NCBI GenBank assembly: GCA_039803205.1
Contig: JBDRYB010000002.1
Coordinates: 96,243 to 160,242 of the forward strand
Origin: a candidate division WOR-3 bacterium
Lineage (GTDB): Bacteria > Hydrothermota > Hydrothermia > JBDRYB01
Direction of reading: 5' to 3'
DNA length: 64,000 nt
Shown here piece by piece: positions 7,839 through 18,415 of this stretch. The position numbers and the translations under genes are program-made. The notes under the pieces are model-generated. The model saw nothing but the letters and a program-made list of their open reading frames with translations, did not search any database and had not been told where the DNA came from. The first letter of the stretch is position 1, and each line of letters opens with the position of its first letter.

Positions 7839-10370
7839 TCACCTCACGATCATCAATTTCTTCACATCGTTTGACTTCTGCGTTCTGAAAACAACGAGGT
7901 AAAGCCCTGGTTGAGCCCTTGCGCCGGAGCCGGTTCTCCCGTCCCAGAAATAGGGTTCCTCAGAGCCGGGGGATTCCTCATCGTGCGCCTCAGACCAAAC
8001 CAAAAGCCCATCTATGGTATATACCAAAAGCTCACTAAACGACGAGCGGCTTAGCATCTGATACTCAAAACGGACACCAGCCGCCCTATCCGGATTAAAG
8101 GGGTTCGGGTATATCCTCGTTATCGCGTCCCTGGTTGATCCTGGGACCTCGGGAGGCTCCGCGTTCAACGCGTCCCAGGCGTTCAGCATTCCCCAACCCG
8201 TGAGGTAGTTCGCATCGGTGTATCCTGGGATGTCAGAGCCTGTCCTCAGGAGAACCTTTCTCAGGCTGTCCGCTGACCAGGACGGGTGAGCCTGCCAAAC
8301 GCAAGCGGCCGCGCCTGCCGAGAGGGCCGAGCTGAAGCTCGTTCCCGAAAAGAAAAGGTAGAATGTGGTGTCCTGCTCCCCAAAGAAGACCGTGTCAGCG
8401 GCCGCGTAGGCCCAGAAAGGCGCAACCAGCTCGGGCTTTGTCCTGCCATCGGCCGATGGCCCGTATGCGCTTGAATATGATGGGACCCATACCCCGTTCA
8501 GGGAATCCCATTCAACGCCACCAATAGCGCATATTCCAAAGGCGTCAGCCGGCGCGGAAAGGCTCGTGTCCCCGACATTTGGGAGAGGCGGAGGCCCGGA
8601 TCTGGCCACATTTCCCATTGAGTTGAATATCAGGATGTTCTCGGAAAGGGCTCTTCCAGCGGCCCTTGATGATGGAGCGGTCTTGCCATCCATATCCGAA
8701 TCAAAATACCAATCCCTATATCCTAGCGAGCTGTTGACTATCCGCGCGCCGTGCCTTCCAGCCCATTCCAAAGCCTCAACCCAGAAATCCTCCTCAATCA
8801 GGTTCTCAAAGCTTCCAGCCTGGCTCGTCACAACCTTCTCGCATTTTGCCAGAAGGAGATCGCATCCTGGGGCTGTTCCAACCAGGGTTTTCTCAACTAG
8901 TCCTGCTATGACGGAGAGGATCTTGGTCCCATGATAGTGTCCGGGGCCAGCGGTTGGCGTCTCCGCTGATCCATCTCCCCTCCTCTCCCAGACAAGAACC
9001 CCGGAGGAAAGAGCGGGCTTCTCGGAGAACTCCTCGCCGAACCTGGCTATCCGGTTCCCGGATTTGCCGTAAAGCGTTATGGTTCCAGCGCTGTCCTCTG
9101 AAGCAATGACAACCTGGCCGCCGTAGATCCCAACAGAGGCTGGGCTTGGCATCGGACAAACCGTTATCGGCCTCATCGCAAAACCTCCGGAGGGGCCTGG
9201 GGAGGACCCGAATATGAGGGTATCTCCCCTCCAATAGGCAATGTAGAGGCTGTCAGATGCAAAAAGGCAAGGAAGGGTGCCCTGATCAATGAAACCCGTT
9301 TGCCATACTGAACCATCATACCATGCGATGTTGAGTGATGAGCCGTCGCTCGCGAGGATTACCGGCGTGTCCTGGAACATGGCTGAGCCCATCCCCCAAT
9401 AATCTGCCAGAGGAATGATTAGGGTTCCTGTGGAAAAGCTCGTTCCGTAATCCGTTGAATGGGCCTCGTAGATGCCATGGCCCGGAACATAGTAAAAAAC
9501 ATAAACATTCGCTCCGGACGAGGCTTGCTTGGGGTCAATTCCCTCACCTAAGTTCGCCACATCAAAGGGGGATGGGTTGTTGTGCCTTATCTTTGCGAAC
9601 CTCACACGCGGGGTTGTGCCCTCTTGCCAGGCAAGGCCAAATGTATCCCCGGAAAGGAACGAAAGTGATGGCCTTGTGGCAAAATAGCCAGCGCTGAGCT
9701 TTGTTGGGGACGAGAAAACGCCCTGATTATCGCCAAAAGAGAAGTATATGTTCCAGCGGTTTGACCCAGGAGAGGCAAGGGAATCCTCCGTGCTCGCTGA
9801 GAAAGCGAGGACTGACATCGCCCCCTGAACCGAAAGGCTCATACTATTTACATAGGAGGGCTCATCGGGGGGGAAACCCGGAAGCGCAATCCTCCCTGCC
9901 TGACTGAATAGGCTGTCGCCTGAGTTGAAGTCATGCTGAGCCTTCAATCTGTCCGTTCCTTTTATGTGTCTGAGACACGGGTGGTTCAAATCAAATCCAG
10001 CATCAAGAACCGCAACGCGAACTCCAGTCCCTATGTAACCAGCATCGTGAACCTTGTCAACTGATATCGCTTCAACCTGTTGTCTGCCGGTTTCCCCATA
10101 ATCATAGAGATGATCCTTGCCCCCAGCGGTCTCGTAACGCCCCTCTGCCACAAATGCCTTTTTGCCCCTCATGGCCTCAACAGCGCCCGCAGGGAGCCAG
10201 AAGGATACCGCGCAAAGCCACCTGGATTCCGCCCTCTTTCTCGCGCCGAGGCACTCAGCGAGATACGGGTTCGCGGAATCAAAGACCCAGACCTTCCGAA
10301 AATCCCCTGGTTTTGAGCTCTTTGCCCAATCTGATGGGTTTATTGCCAAAACGAAAAGAAATACGCTCAT
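7839..10370 (-). CDS. Secreted S8 subtilisin-like serine peptidase with internal insertion and FlgD-Ig/T9SS-like C-terminus
   Basis: Catalytic VAVLDAG, HGT, NSMGN, KPELVAP, SGTSFS; C-terminal YPNPFNP...WDGR...PGLY. Confidence 0.88.
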   Translation of the reverse strand: MSVFLFVLAINPSDWAKSSKPGDFRKVWVFDSANPYLAECLGARKRAESRWLCAVSFWLPAGAVEAMRGKKAFVAEGRYETAGGKDHLYDYGETGRQQVEAISVDKVHDAGYIGTGVRVAVLDAGFDLNHPCLRHIKGTDRLKAQHDFNSGDSLFSQAGRIALPGFPPDEPSYVNSMSLSVQGAMSVLAFSASTEDSLASPGSNRWNIYFSFGDNQGVFSSPTKLSAGYFATRPSLSFLSGDTFGLAWQEGTTPRVRFAKIRHNNPSPFDVANLGEGIDPKQASSGANVYVFYYVPGHGIYEAHSTDYGTSFSTGTLIIPLADYWGMGSAMFQDTPVILASDGSSLNIAWYDGSVWQTGFIDQGTLPCLFASDSLYIAYWRGDTLIFGSSPGPSGGFAMRPITVCPMPSPASVGIYGGQVVIASEDSAGTITLYGKSGNRIARFGEEFSEKPALSSGVLVWERRGDGSAETPTAGPGHYHGTKILSVIAGLVEKTLVGTAPGCDLLLAKCEKVVTSQAGSFENLIEEDFWVEALEWAGRHGARIVNSSLGYRDWYFDSDMDGKTAPSSRAAGRALSENILIFNSMGNVARSGPPPLPNVGDTSLSAPADAFGICAIGGVEWDSLNGVWVPSYSSAYGPSADGRTKPELVAPFWAYAAADTVFFGEQDTTFYLFFSGTSFSSALSAGAAACVWQAHPSWSADSLRKVLLRTGSDIPGYTDANYLTGWGMLNAWDALNAEPPEVPGSTRDAITRIYPNPFNPDRAAGVRFEYQMLSRSSFSELLVYTIDGLLVWSEAHDEESPGSEEPYFWDGRTGSGARAQPGLYLVVFRTQKSNDVKKLMIVR

Positions 10371-10714
10371 CTCAGCTCTCCAGGAACCCAGGGTTCTCCT
10401 GTGGTTATGGTGGTTTCCGGCTCAACTAAGAGGACGAGAGCATCCCCGTAATCAGCGCGTGAACGGTGCCTCAGCCCCGCCTTGACGAGATAAGCCTGGC
10501 CCGGAGTCAGCTTTACTGTCCCCTTATCAGTGTCTATTTCAACCACTCCAGAGAGCACATAAAACAGCTCATCCTCGTTCCTGTGCACATGCCAATGGTA
10601 AGAACCCCTCAGCCTAGCAAGCCTTATAGCTATTCCCGAGAACCTGACAAGGTCCTTGGGAACCCAAACCTCATCTATTTTCTGTGCCTCCTTTAGTATA
10701 TCTATCGGTTCCAT
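10367..10714 (-). CDS. Cupin domain protein
   Basis: WHVHRNEDELFYVLSG ... GQ...V.AGLRHRS. Confidence 0.88.
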   Translation of the reverse strand: MEPIDILKEAQKIDEVWVPKDLVRFSGIAIRLARLRGSYHWHVHRNEDELFYVLSGVVEIDTDKGTVKLTPGQAYLVKAGLRHRSRADYGDALVLLVEPETTITTGEPWVPGELR

Positions 10715-10808
10715 GCTATCCGAAATGTTAATCTGTCGGCTCAGCGGTTTTCAACTTGCAGGCTCACTAGTTATTAATCCGCCAGCTTGAATTTGAGGGC
10801 ATAATTCG

Positions 10809-12671
10809 CTATTTGGATTTCCTTCTCCTCCTGCCCACCCTTCTCCCTCTTTTACCCTGCCTGAACTGGTCCTTGTAGAAGAGAGGGGTATCTTGCGGAA
10901 CAGAGGCTTTAAGCTCATCAGCCTTCGCCTCAAAGGCCGCGAGCTCGCGCTCAAAAGGCCCCCAAAACTCGTGCAGGACATCCTGCCAGGAGATCTCACC
11001 CTCCTCTACTCTGTCAAGGTCCTCCTCCATCTTGGCAGTGAAATCCTCCCTGAATACCTCAGAAAAATTGGGAGTGAGGATGTCAGAGACAAGGATTCCC
11101 AAGGGGGTTGCGACCAGCGCTCGCTTTTCTCTCTGCGCGTATCCCCTGAGAAACAGGGTTGAGACGATAGTAGCGTATGTTGAGGGCCTTCCTATGCCTT
11201 TTTCCTCAAGGGTTTTTATCAGGGACGCCTCCGTGAACCTGGGCGGGGGCTCGGTCTCCCTTTCCTCGGTCTCAAGGCTGAGCAATTTCAGTATATCACC
11301 TGGTTTCATGATGGGCAAAGGTTCTGCCTTTACCTCCTCACCCGTTATCCTGTAGAAACCCTCAAAAAGGAGCTTCCTCCCGGCCGCTTGGAATGTAATC
11401 TCAGGAAGCCCATCGGGATGCAATTTCGCTGAATAAGTCTCAAATAGCGCATCCTTGGCCTGGCTAGCGACGGCCCTCCTCCAGATTATGCTGTAGATTC
11501 TGAACTGATCCTCGGAAAGGTGGCCCCTTATGCTCTCAGGGGTGCGTCTGGGATCCGTTGGTCTTATGCACTCGTGCGCGGCCTGAACCCCTTTGGCTTT
11601 ATCCTGATAAACCCTGGGTTTCTCCGAGAGAAAGGCCTCCCCCCATGTCTCTGAAATCAAATCCCTTATCTCCTTGACTGCCTTATCCGCCATCCTGACC
11701 GAATCCGTCCTCATGTAAGTTATGAGGCCAGTTCTCCCCTCAGGCAGATCGACGCCTTCATAGAGGCTTTGGGCTATGGACATGGTCTTCGCGGGGCTGA
11801 ATCCGAAAATGTTTGAGGCCTCCTGCTGAAGGGTGCTTGTCTTGTGGGGAGGCGGAGGCGAGGACTTCCTCTTTGCCACCCTAAACTCGTCAACAATGAA
11901 GTTTCTCTTCCCTATCCTCTCAGCCATCTCTTTGGCCTCTGAGAAGTTCTTTATGCGCTCAGGGTGCCTTGCCTGAAACCTGGCCTTTTTGTGTTCCAGC
12001 TCAGCCACCAGTATCCAGTATTTTTCGGGAACAAATGCCTTTATCTCCTTCTCCCTGTCCACCAGCATTTTCAACGCGACGGTCTGAACCCTGCCAGCAG
12101 AAAGACCCCCGCGGATTATCTTCCACAGGAATGGAGAGACCTTATAGCCAACCAATCTATCAAGTATGCGCCTTGCCTGTTGACTGTTGACCTTGCGCAT
12201 GTCTATATCGGTCGGGTTGGCCATGGCCCTCTGAACCTCCTCCCTTGTTATCTCGTAAAAGAGAACCCTTTTTATGGGAGCCTGGGTGTATTTTGATATG
12301 TCCTCAGCAATGTGATAGGCTATTGCCTCACCCTCACGGTCAGGGTCGGTTCCCATGAATATCTGGCTGGCGTTCTGCGCGGCTTCCCTCAGGGCCTTCA
12401 GTATCCCTGCTTTTCCTCTTACCACGATGTATTTGGGTTCAAAGTTGTTCTCTATCTCAACCCCAAGAGCGCTCTTCGGAAGATCAATAAGGTGGCCCTG
12501 AGAAGCGAGAATCTGGTAATCCTTTCCCAGGTATCCGCTGAGGGTGTGGGCCTTTGTCGGGGACTCAACTATGAGGAGCTTTTTCCTGTCGGCGGCGCCA
12601 CCCTTGGGCTTCTTTATGCCGGTTGGCAATCTCGGCGAAGACCTTCTCTTTCTCGTCGGTATGCCAGCCAT
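10809..12671 (-). CDS. topA: DNA topoisomerase I (type IA), without C-terminal zinc ribbons
   Basis: IVESPTKA, TDPDREGEAI, SAGRVQT, ITYMRTDS, AHECIRPT, GIGRPSTY. Start at 12671 or 12731. Confidence 0.96.
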   Translation of the reverse strand: MAGIPTRKRRSSPRLPTGIKKPKGGAADRKKLLIVESPTKAHTLSGYLGKDYQILASQGHLIDLPKSALGVEIENNFEPKYIVVRGKAGILKALREAAQNASQIFMGTDPDREGEAIAYHIAEDISKYTQAPIKRVLFYEITREEVQRAMANPTDIDMRKVNSQQARRILDRLVGYKVSPFLWKIIRGGLSAGRVQTVALKMLVDREKEIKAFVPEKYWILVAELEHKKARFQARHPERIKNFSEAKEMAERIGKRNFIVDEFRVAKRKSSPPPPHKTSTLQQEASNIFGFSPAKTMSIAQSLYEGVDLPEGRTGLITYMRTDSVRMADKAVKEIRDLISETWGEAFLSEKPRVYQDKAKGVQAAHECIRPTDPRRTPESIRGHLSEDQFRIYSIIWRRAVASQAKDALFETYSAKLHPDGLPEITFQAAGRKLLFEGFYRITGEEVKAEPLPIMKPGDILKLLSLETEERETEPPPRFTEASLIKTLEEKGIGRPSTYATIVSTLFLRGYAQREKRALVATPLGILVSDILTPNFSEVFREDFTAKMEEDLDRVEEGEISWQDVLHEFWGPFERELAAFEAKADELKASVPQDTPLFYKDQFRQGKRGRRVGRRRRKSK

Positions 12672-12762
12672 AAGGGGCAAATGATAAAGGAAGTTTCTGG
12701 CTGAGCGCAAGTTCGGATTCAGAATCTCCAAATCGCACTCAACTTGCGCACGGCCATATCAT

Positions 12763-13329
12763 ATGCAACCTAAAGTGCACCTTAGAAAGGCAATTCACGC
12801 CCTATCCGGCCTAATCGGCATAGGGGTTCTCGTTTTCCCCAAACCCGCAATGGTGGCACTTTGCTCGTGCGGGCTTGCGCTCGCGGGGCTCATTGATATA
12901 ATAAGGCTCAGATGGGGATTCAGGGGGCCGATAAAGGGGCTCTCCCGTCTCTTCAAAGAAAAGGAAGGCCAAACCATATCCGGATCAACCGCTCTCCTTG
13001 CCAGCTACCTGTTTCTCGTAGCGTTGTTTCCTGCCCCGGCCGCGGCTTTCGCTATTTTGTTCTTCTCGCTCGGCGACCCCCTCGCATCCCTTTTCGGCAA
13101 ATACTTCCCCATATGGAGATTCAGGGAGAAGAGCGTGGGTGGGGCACTTGCTTTTATCCTCGTGGGGCTTGCCCTGAGCGCGACTTTACCCGGCTTGAGC
13201 TTTTGGATTAAAATATGCGCCTCGGTTATCGGAGCCTTGGCCGAGTTTCTGGCCGGGGATGTGGATGATAACCTGACGGTGCCAATAGCTGTCGGGGTAA
13301 TTATGCTTGTTGCTAACAAGGTTTTCTAG
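12763..13329 (+). CDS. Polyprenol/diacylglycerol kinase family membrane protein (SEC59/DGK1/VTE5)
   Basis: RKAIH, GDPLASLFGK, KSVGG, DDNLTVP. Confidence 0.85.
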   Translation: MQPKVHLRKAIHALSGLIGIGVLVFPKPAMVALCSCGLALAGLIDIIRLRWGFRGPIKGLSRLFKEKEGQTISGSTALLASYLFLVALFPAPAAAFAILFFSLGDPLASLFGKYFPIWRFREKSVGGALAFILVGLALSATLPGLSFWIKICASVIGALAEFLAGDVDDNLTVPIAVGVIMLVANKVF

Positions 13330-13342
13330 GAGGTTAACAGAA

Positions 13343-15394
13343 ATGAAGAGGTCGCTTCTTTATCTTGTTGGAACGATGATCGTCGGATGCACGCCAGGCT
13401 TGGTGAGGAACCCCGATCTCAGCCTGAAGTATCCTGAGGCCGCAAAAGCGAAGTCCTCTGAGATGAAGGAGGACTATTCCGGAGCTGAGCAGGCATACAA
13501 GAGCCTCGCGCAGAAAAACCTGCCCGGGATAGAGAGGTTCTGGGTCCTCGTGAACATGGCTGACCTATACTACGACAAGCTTGGCCAGCCGGAGAAGGCA
13601 GCTGAGGCACTTGAGGAGGCCGGAAAGATATTGCCCGAAAGAAATCCCCTCCAAGACGAGGTTCTTTATCGGAAAGGGCTTTGCCTTGAGATGATGGGGA
13701 AGACAGTTGACGCGGCAAAGGCCTTTGAGCAGGTTGCGACCCAGTTCAGACAGAGCCCGTGGTCCCAGGATGCCCTTGATGGGGTTGAGAGGGTCTTTGA
13801 GCGCAACTTCAAGGAGTATGCCGCGGCCATGGTTGATCCCAGAACCGGGGATACCATTTACATAACGAAGCTACAGGTTGACAAGGCCCTTGACCAGATA
13901 CCACCTATGTATCGCCCGAGGTATGAGACCCCTGAGGGAAAGGTGGAGCTGGTTGAGCGCTTGCTGGACGAGGAGCTGTCCCTCCTTGAGGGCGCGGTTC
14001 TCAGGCTGGACACCCTTCCTGATGTCATTAAGGAAATAAAGAGGGCAAAGGTGAGCGCTCTCCAGAGGGTCTATTACACGGAGGAGATCCAGGCCAAGGT
14101 TGAGATAGCTGACAAGGAGATAAAGAAGTATTACATGGACCACAAGGAGGAGTTCAAACAGCCCGGTCAGGCAAGGGTCAAGAGGGTTGTCCTCAAGAGC
14201 CAGGATGAGGCAAACCAGGTTGCAGAAAGGATAAAGGCTGGCGAGAGCGTGGACTCCCTCGCTAACCAGATGACCCTCTTCAAACACGAGGCAGGCAGGG
14301 GTGGCGAGTTCATAGTCTATTCAACCCAGGACGCCTACAAGCTCTTCTACGACGGCGTGATGGCGCTCAAGGACTCGGTCGGGGTCGTGCAGGTTGACGA
14401 TACCCTCTGGGCCGCTGTCAGGGTTCTTGAGAAAAAGGAGCCCGGATACAAGACAGTGGATGAGGTGAGGTCCCAGATAATCCGCAATATCAGAAGCGAC
14501 AAGGAGCGCGCCGCGTGGGATGCCAGGAAGGCCGATCTCAGAAAGAAATACGGCGTGAAGGTGATGATAGATACCCTCACCCAGGAGCTCCCTGAGACCC
14601 TCGCGGTGATAACCCTCATGGAAAGGGCTATAACCAAAAAGGACTTTGAGGACAAGCTCTCAGAGATACCCCCCATGTTCAAGGCTCGCTATGAGCAACC
14701 ATCGGGCAGGCTCATGCTGGTGGAGAACATGATTGATGAGATAATCGTCACTGCTGACGCGAACGAGAAGAAGATGTATCTGAAGTCCTCTGTTGTGTCT
14801 GAAATGAACACTGCCAGGAAGAGGGCGCTCATGGGGGGCTATTACGCCACCCAGATAAGGGCAAATGTGCAGGTGAGCCAGGACGAGATAGCCAAGTATT
14901 ACAAGGATCACAAGGAGGACTTCAGGGTTCCAGCACAGGTCAAGTGTCAGAGGATAGTTGTGAGGGACAAGAGGCAGGCGAACGAGGTCCTCGCTATGGT
15001 CAAGAAGGGGGATCTGAGCTTTGACTCCTTGGCCATAAAGTTCTCCATACTTCAGGGCGAGGCACGAAGGGGCGGCGAGGTCACGGTCTTTGAGAAGCAG
15101 GAACCCATCAACTTCTACAACGAGGTCTCAAAGAAGAAGGCCGGATGGCTTGGGATTGTCCCGTTCGCGGATACTGCTTGGGCTGTGGTGAAGGTGAAGG
15201 AGGTCCAGAAGGCGAGCTACAGGCCCCTTGAGGAGGTTTCCCCCCAGATAGAAAGGACAATAAGAGCCGAGAAGGAAAAGGACCTCGCTTTCAGGCGCAA
15301 AGACGAGCTCAAGAAGAAGTATTCGGTCGTGCTATACATAGAGCCAACCCAGGGGACAGAGGAAAGCCCCCAACCAACGCCACCGGAAAAGTAG
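13343..15394 (+). CDS. Lipoprotein with TPR region and two PpiC/SurA-like foldase modules
   Basis: Lipobox-like IVGC; TPR-like N-terminus; duplicated module IPPM...YE.P.G / EI.KYY.DHKE.F..P.Q / L.EV..QI...IR.EKE. Confidence 0.8.
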   Translation: MKRSLLYLVGTMIVGCTPGLVRNPDLSLKYPEAAKAKSSEMKEDYSGAEQAYKSLAQKNLPGIERFWVLVNMADLYYDKLGQPEKAAEALEEAGKILPERNPLQDEVLYRKGLCLEMMGKTVDAAKAFEQVATQFRQSPWSQDALDGVERVFERNFKEYAAAMVDPRTGDTIYITKLQVDKALDQIPPMYRPRYETPEGKVELVERLLDEELSLLEGAVLRLDTLPDVIKEIKRAKVSALQRVYYTEEIQAKVEIADKEIKKYYMDHKEEFKQPGQARVKRVVLKSQDEANQVAERIKAGESVDSLANQMTLFKHEAGRGGEFIVYSTQDAYKLFYDGVMALKDSVGVVQVDDTLWAAVRVLEKKEPGYKTVDEVRSQIIRNIRSDKERAAWDARKADLRKKYGVKVMIDTLTQELPETLAVITLMERAITKKDFEDKLSEIPPMFKARYEQPSGRLMLVENMIDEIIVTADANEKKMYLKSSVVSEMNTARKRALMGGYYATQIRANVQVSQDEIAKYYKDHKEDFRVPAQVKCQRIVVRDKRQANEVLAMVKKGDLSFDSLAIKFSILQGEARRGGEVTVFEKQEPINFYNEVSKKKAGWLGIVPFADTAWAVVKVKEVQKASYRPLEEVSPQIERTIRAEKEKDLAFRRKDELKKKYSVVLYIEPTQGTEESPQPTPPEK

Positions 15395-15421
15395 TCTTAC
15401 TGGGTTTTAAGGGACGAGAAA

Positions 15422-16303
15422 ATGAGCATATTGGTTGATGAGAACACGAGGGTTGTTATCCAGGGTATAACCGGAAGGGACGGTTCCTTTCACGCTAAGG
15501 CCATGTTGGACTATGGGACAAAGGTCGTCGCGGGTGTAACGCCCGGAAAGGGGGGCCAGAAGGTTGAGGGGATCCCAGTGTTCAACACCGTTGCTGAGGC
15601 AATAAGGGAAACCGGCGCCAACACATCCTGCATATTCGTTCCTGCTCCGGCTGGTTATGACGCCATACTTGAGGCCGCGGACGCCGGGGTAAAGCTCATC
15701 GTAGCCATAACAGAGGGCATCCCATCAGGGGACATGGAGAAGGCCATTCGGTTCCTGGATCAGAGGGGCGCAAAGCTTATAGGCCCAAACTGTCCAGGAA
15801 TAATCTCCCCCGGAAAGGCAAAGGTCGGGATATTGCCGGGCCACATTTTCACCCCAGGGCCTGTTGGCCTCGTTTCCAGGTCAGGAACCCTCACATACGA
15901 GGTCGTTTCCCACCTTACAAATCAGGGACTCGGCCAGACAACCGCGATAGGCATGGGAGGAGATCCCATAATTGGCCTGAAGTTCACGGATTACCTTGAG
16001 ATGTTTGCGGCTGACCCTGAGACAGAGGCGGTTGTCATAATCGGCGAGATAGGCGGGACTGATGAACAGGATGCCGCGCTCTACATAAAGGAGAACTTCA
16101 AGAAGCCAGTTGTTGCTTTCATAGCGGGAAGAACCGCGCCGCCCGAAAAGCGCATGGGCCACGCTGGGGCGATAATATCCGGGTCTGAAGGAACGGCTGA
16201 GGAAAAGATAAAGGCCTTTGCTGAGGCGGGCATTCCGACAGCGGCACTCCCTGAGGAGGTCCCTCTTCTCCTCAAGGAAAGAATGAAAGCGAAGGGGCTT
16301 TGA
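15422..16303 (+). CDS. sucD: Succinyl-CoA synthetase alpha subunit
   Basis: [30 protein letters not shown]. Confidence 0.98.
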   Translation: MSILVDENTRVVIQGITGRDGSFHAKAMLDYGTKVVAGVTPGKGGQKVEGIPVFNTVAEAIRETGANTSCIFVPAPAGYDAILEAADAGVKLIVAITEGIPSGDMEKAIRFLDQRGAKLIGPNCPGIISPGKAKVGILPGHIFTPGPVGLVSRSGTLTYEVVSHLTNQGLGQTTAIGMGGDPIIGLKFTDYLEMFAADPETEAVVIIGEIGGTDEQDAALYIKENFKKPVVAFIAGRTAPPEKRMGHAGAIISGSEGTAEEKIKAFAEAGIPTAALPEEVPLLLKERMKAKGL

Positions 16304-16884
16304 TCTGGCTGATCCTCATCTCGGCAGATACCCTCGGACCATGGTCTCAGGTCCAGGCTAAATATAACAAAGTTTTTTCTCTTTCCGCGTCCTTCATCGA
16401 ATCAATCACATACTCAGAAGGATACTCTGAGCGCTACGCGGGCAGGCTATACATAGAGCGCCCCGACAAGGTCCGCCTTGAGGCATACGAACCGGATACC
16501 CAGCTCATTGTCTCCGATGGCAAGATCGCTTGGCTTTACCTCCCAAAATCAAAAGCCGCGATGCGCCAGCCGGTTTCAGAGGTATCAAAGGCATGCGACC
16601 CAAGACTGTTTCTCCTTGAGCGCCCACCGGGGTTCAGGGTCTCTTACCAGCTAAGGGATTCGGCCCATATCTACACATTCATCCCGCCTTCCGGTGATGT
16701 TTATCCGTATCAGAAGGTAATGGTGGAGCTGGGGCCAGGCCTGGATATAAGGGTTGTGTCCGTGGTTGATCCATTAGGTAATCTTTATGCCTTTGCTCTC
16801 AGGGACATCGTCCTGAATCCAGGCCTTAACCCCGAGCTCTTCAGGTTCACGCCACCAGAGGGAACGGAGATCTTCGGACAGTAG
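16300..16884 (+). CDS. lolA: Outer-membrane lipoprotein carrier LolA family
   Basis: [32 protein letters not shown]. Confidence 0.85.
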   Translation: MIWLILISADTLGPWSQVQAKYNKVFSLSASFIESITYSEGYSERYAGRLYIERPDKVRLEAYEPDTQLIVSDGKIAWLYLPKSKAAMRQPVSEVSKACDPRLFLLERPPGFRVSYQLRDSAHIYTFIPPSGDVYPYQKVMVELGPGLDIRVVSVVDPLGNLYAFALRDIVLNPGLNPELFRFTPPEGTEIFGQ

Positions 16885-16944
16885 GGATACAACGCAGGCG
16901 CCCTGTATTCGCAAATAGGGAGGATCCTGGTTTATAATTTCTCC

Positions 16945-18072
16945 GTGCCAATAGCGATCTTGGTTATAGCGACAAGCCCTCGTCTCGCTCATGATCCAGG
17001 AGAACTCTGCAATCCCATGCTCTATATGAGCCCTGGAGCTGATACCTTTGATCTGAACGCCTTTATTGAGCGCGAGCTCTCTTGGAGGCCAGGCTATTGG
17101 CGCAGGGGTTTGGAGAATTCGCGGCTATATTGGCCCATGATCTCCAGAAAGGTCAAGGATGCTGGACTCCCTGAGGAACTGGTTTGGCTCCCACTAATAG
17201 AGAGCGCTTTTGAGCCGCAGGCCCTTTCCAGAAAGGGCGCGCTCGGTCTTTGGCAATTCGTTCCCTCCACCGCAAAGGCAGAGGGCCTCGTGGTGAACAT
17301 GTGGGTTGACGAGCGACTTGATCCCGTAAAATCAACGGACGCGGCCCTGAGACATTTGAGAAGCCTTTACGCGCTTTTCGGGGATTGGAACCTGGCGCTT
17401 GCCGCTTATAACGCTGGCTCAGGAAGGGTATGGTGGGCGCTTTATCAAGCCTCTCTCGGAGGAAAAAAGAGAAGGAGAAGGATTCCCAGGCAGGTCAAGG
17501 AGATGTGGCTCAGACAGGGGGATGTCTGGGACTTTTGGTTAGCGCAAGAGTATTTTCCAAAAGAAACGAGAAGGTATGTTCCCCTGTTTTACACTGGCCT
17601 CGCGGCTGTTGAGCGAGCGGGCCAGTTCGGGGTGAACCTCTCAGACACCCTCTCATACCCACTTGCTTCTGACACCGTGCTGGTTGATTATCCCACGGAT
17701 CTGGCTCTGGTCGCGGAATTGCTTGGTTTGCCAATAGATTCAATATCACTTCGGAATCCGGAGCTCGCGGTCGGGCTTACGCCACCGGATACGCTTTGGC
17801 CCCTCAGGGTTCCGCCCGGAATGGGCCAGGGCCTTGATTCGGCTTTGAAGACAATAGAACCAAGGGAAGTCACCATTTGGATAAGCTATAAGGCACAGAG
17901 GGGGGACAACCTCTGGAAACTGGCAAAGCGCTACGGAACAACCCCCGAGCACCTCGCTGAGGTTAACGGACTTTCCCTCAAAAAGAAGCTCAGGCTTTAT
18001 CAGAGATTGAAGATCCCGAAGAAGGTAAAAGCCCGGTCAAGGAGGGATGAAATATGCATGGGAAAGGGGTAA
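16945..18072 (+). CDS. Lytic transglycosylase (MltD-like) with C-terminal LysM
   Basis: LPLIESAF, GLWQF, DERLDP, LAAYNAG, ETRRYV; LysM GDNLWKLAKRYG. Confidence 0.9.
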   Translation: MPIAILVIATSPRLAHDPGELCNPMLYMSPGADTFDLNAFIERELSWRPGYWRRGLENSRLYWPMISRKVKDAGLPEELVWLPLIESAFEPQALSRKGALGLWQFVPSTAKAEGLVVNMWVDERLDPVKSTDAALRHLRSLYALFGDWNLALAAYNAGSGRVWWALYQASLGGKKRRRRIPRQVKEMWLRQGDVWDFWLAQEYFPKETRRYVPLFYTGLAAVERAGQFGVNLSDTLSYPLASDTVLVDYPTDLALVAELLGLPIDSISLRNPELAVGLTPPDTLWPLRVPPGMGQGLDSALKTIEPREVTIWISYKAQRGDNLWKLAKRYGTTPEHLAEVNGLSLKKKLRLYQRLKIPKKVKARSRRDEICMGKG

Positions 18073-18415
18073 AAGAGACCCCGGCCGCACTTTTAATCCG
18101 TGGATCTTGAGGTTGTTGATCCAGTTGTCGCACTGGGATGATAATATGGCTCTGAGGATGCGGTATCCCGAGAAAGCTTTCAGAAAGGCTTGCCGTGAAG
18201 CAGGAATCCGCGACTTTCGCTTTCACGATCTCAGACACACATACGCGAGCTGGAAGGTTATGGATGGGGTTGACCTCAGGAGCGTGGCCGAATTGCTTGG
18301 CCATAGAACACTAGCCATGGTAATGCGCTATTCGCACCTTTCCCCGGATCACCTGGACAAGATCAGGGAGAAGGGGGTTATGGTGAGATTGCAGCCAAAG
18401 GAGTTTAAGCTATGA
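18047..18415 (+). pseudogene. Tyrosine recombinase/integrase, C-terminal fragment
   Basis: FRFHDLRHTYAS, VAELLGH, MVMRYSHL. The N-terminal domain and first catalytic Arg are absent. Confidence 0.85.
18296..18391 (+). repeat. Integrase 3'-end direct repeat, copy 1
   Basis: 96 bp, 88/96 identical to 19306-19401. Confidence 0.95.

Noticed and set aside
8980..9914. Intein in the S8 protease
   Set aside because: No C-terminal His-Asn/Cys-Ser-Thr junction or LAGLIDADG motifs.
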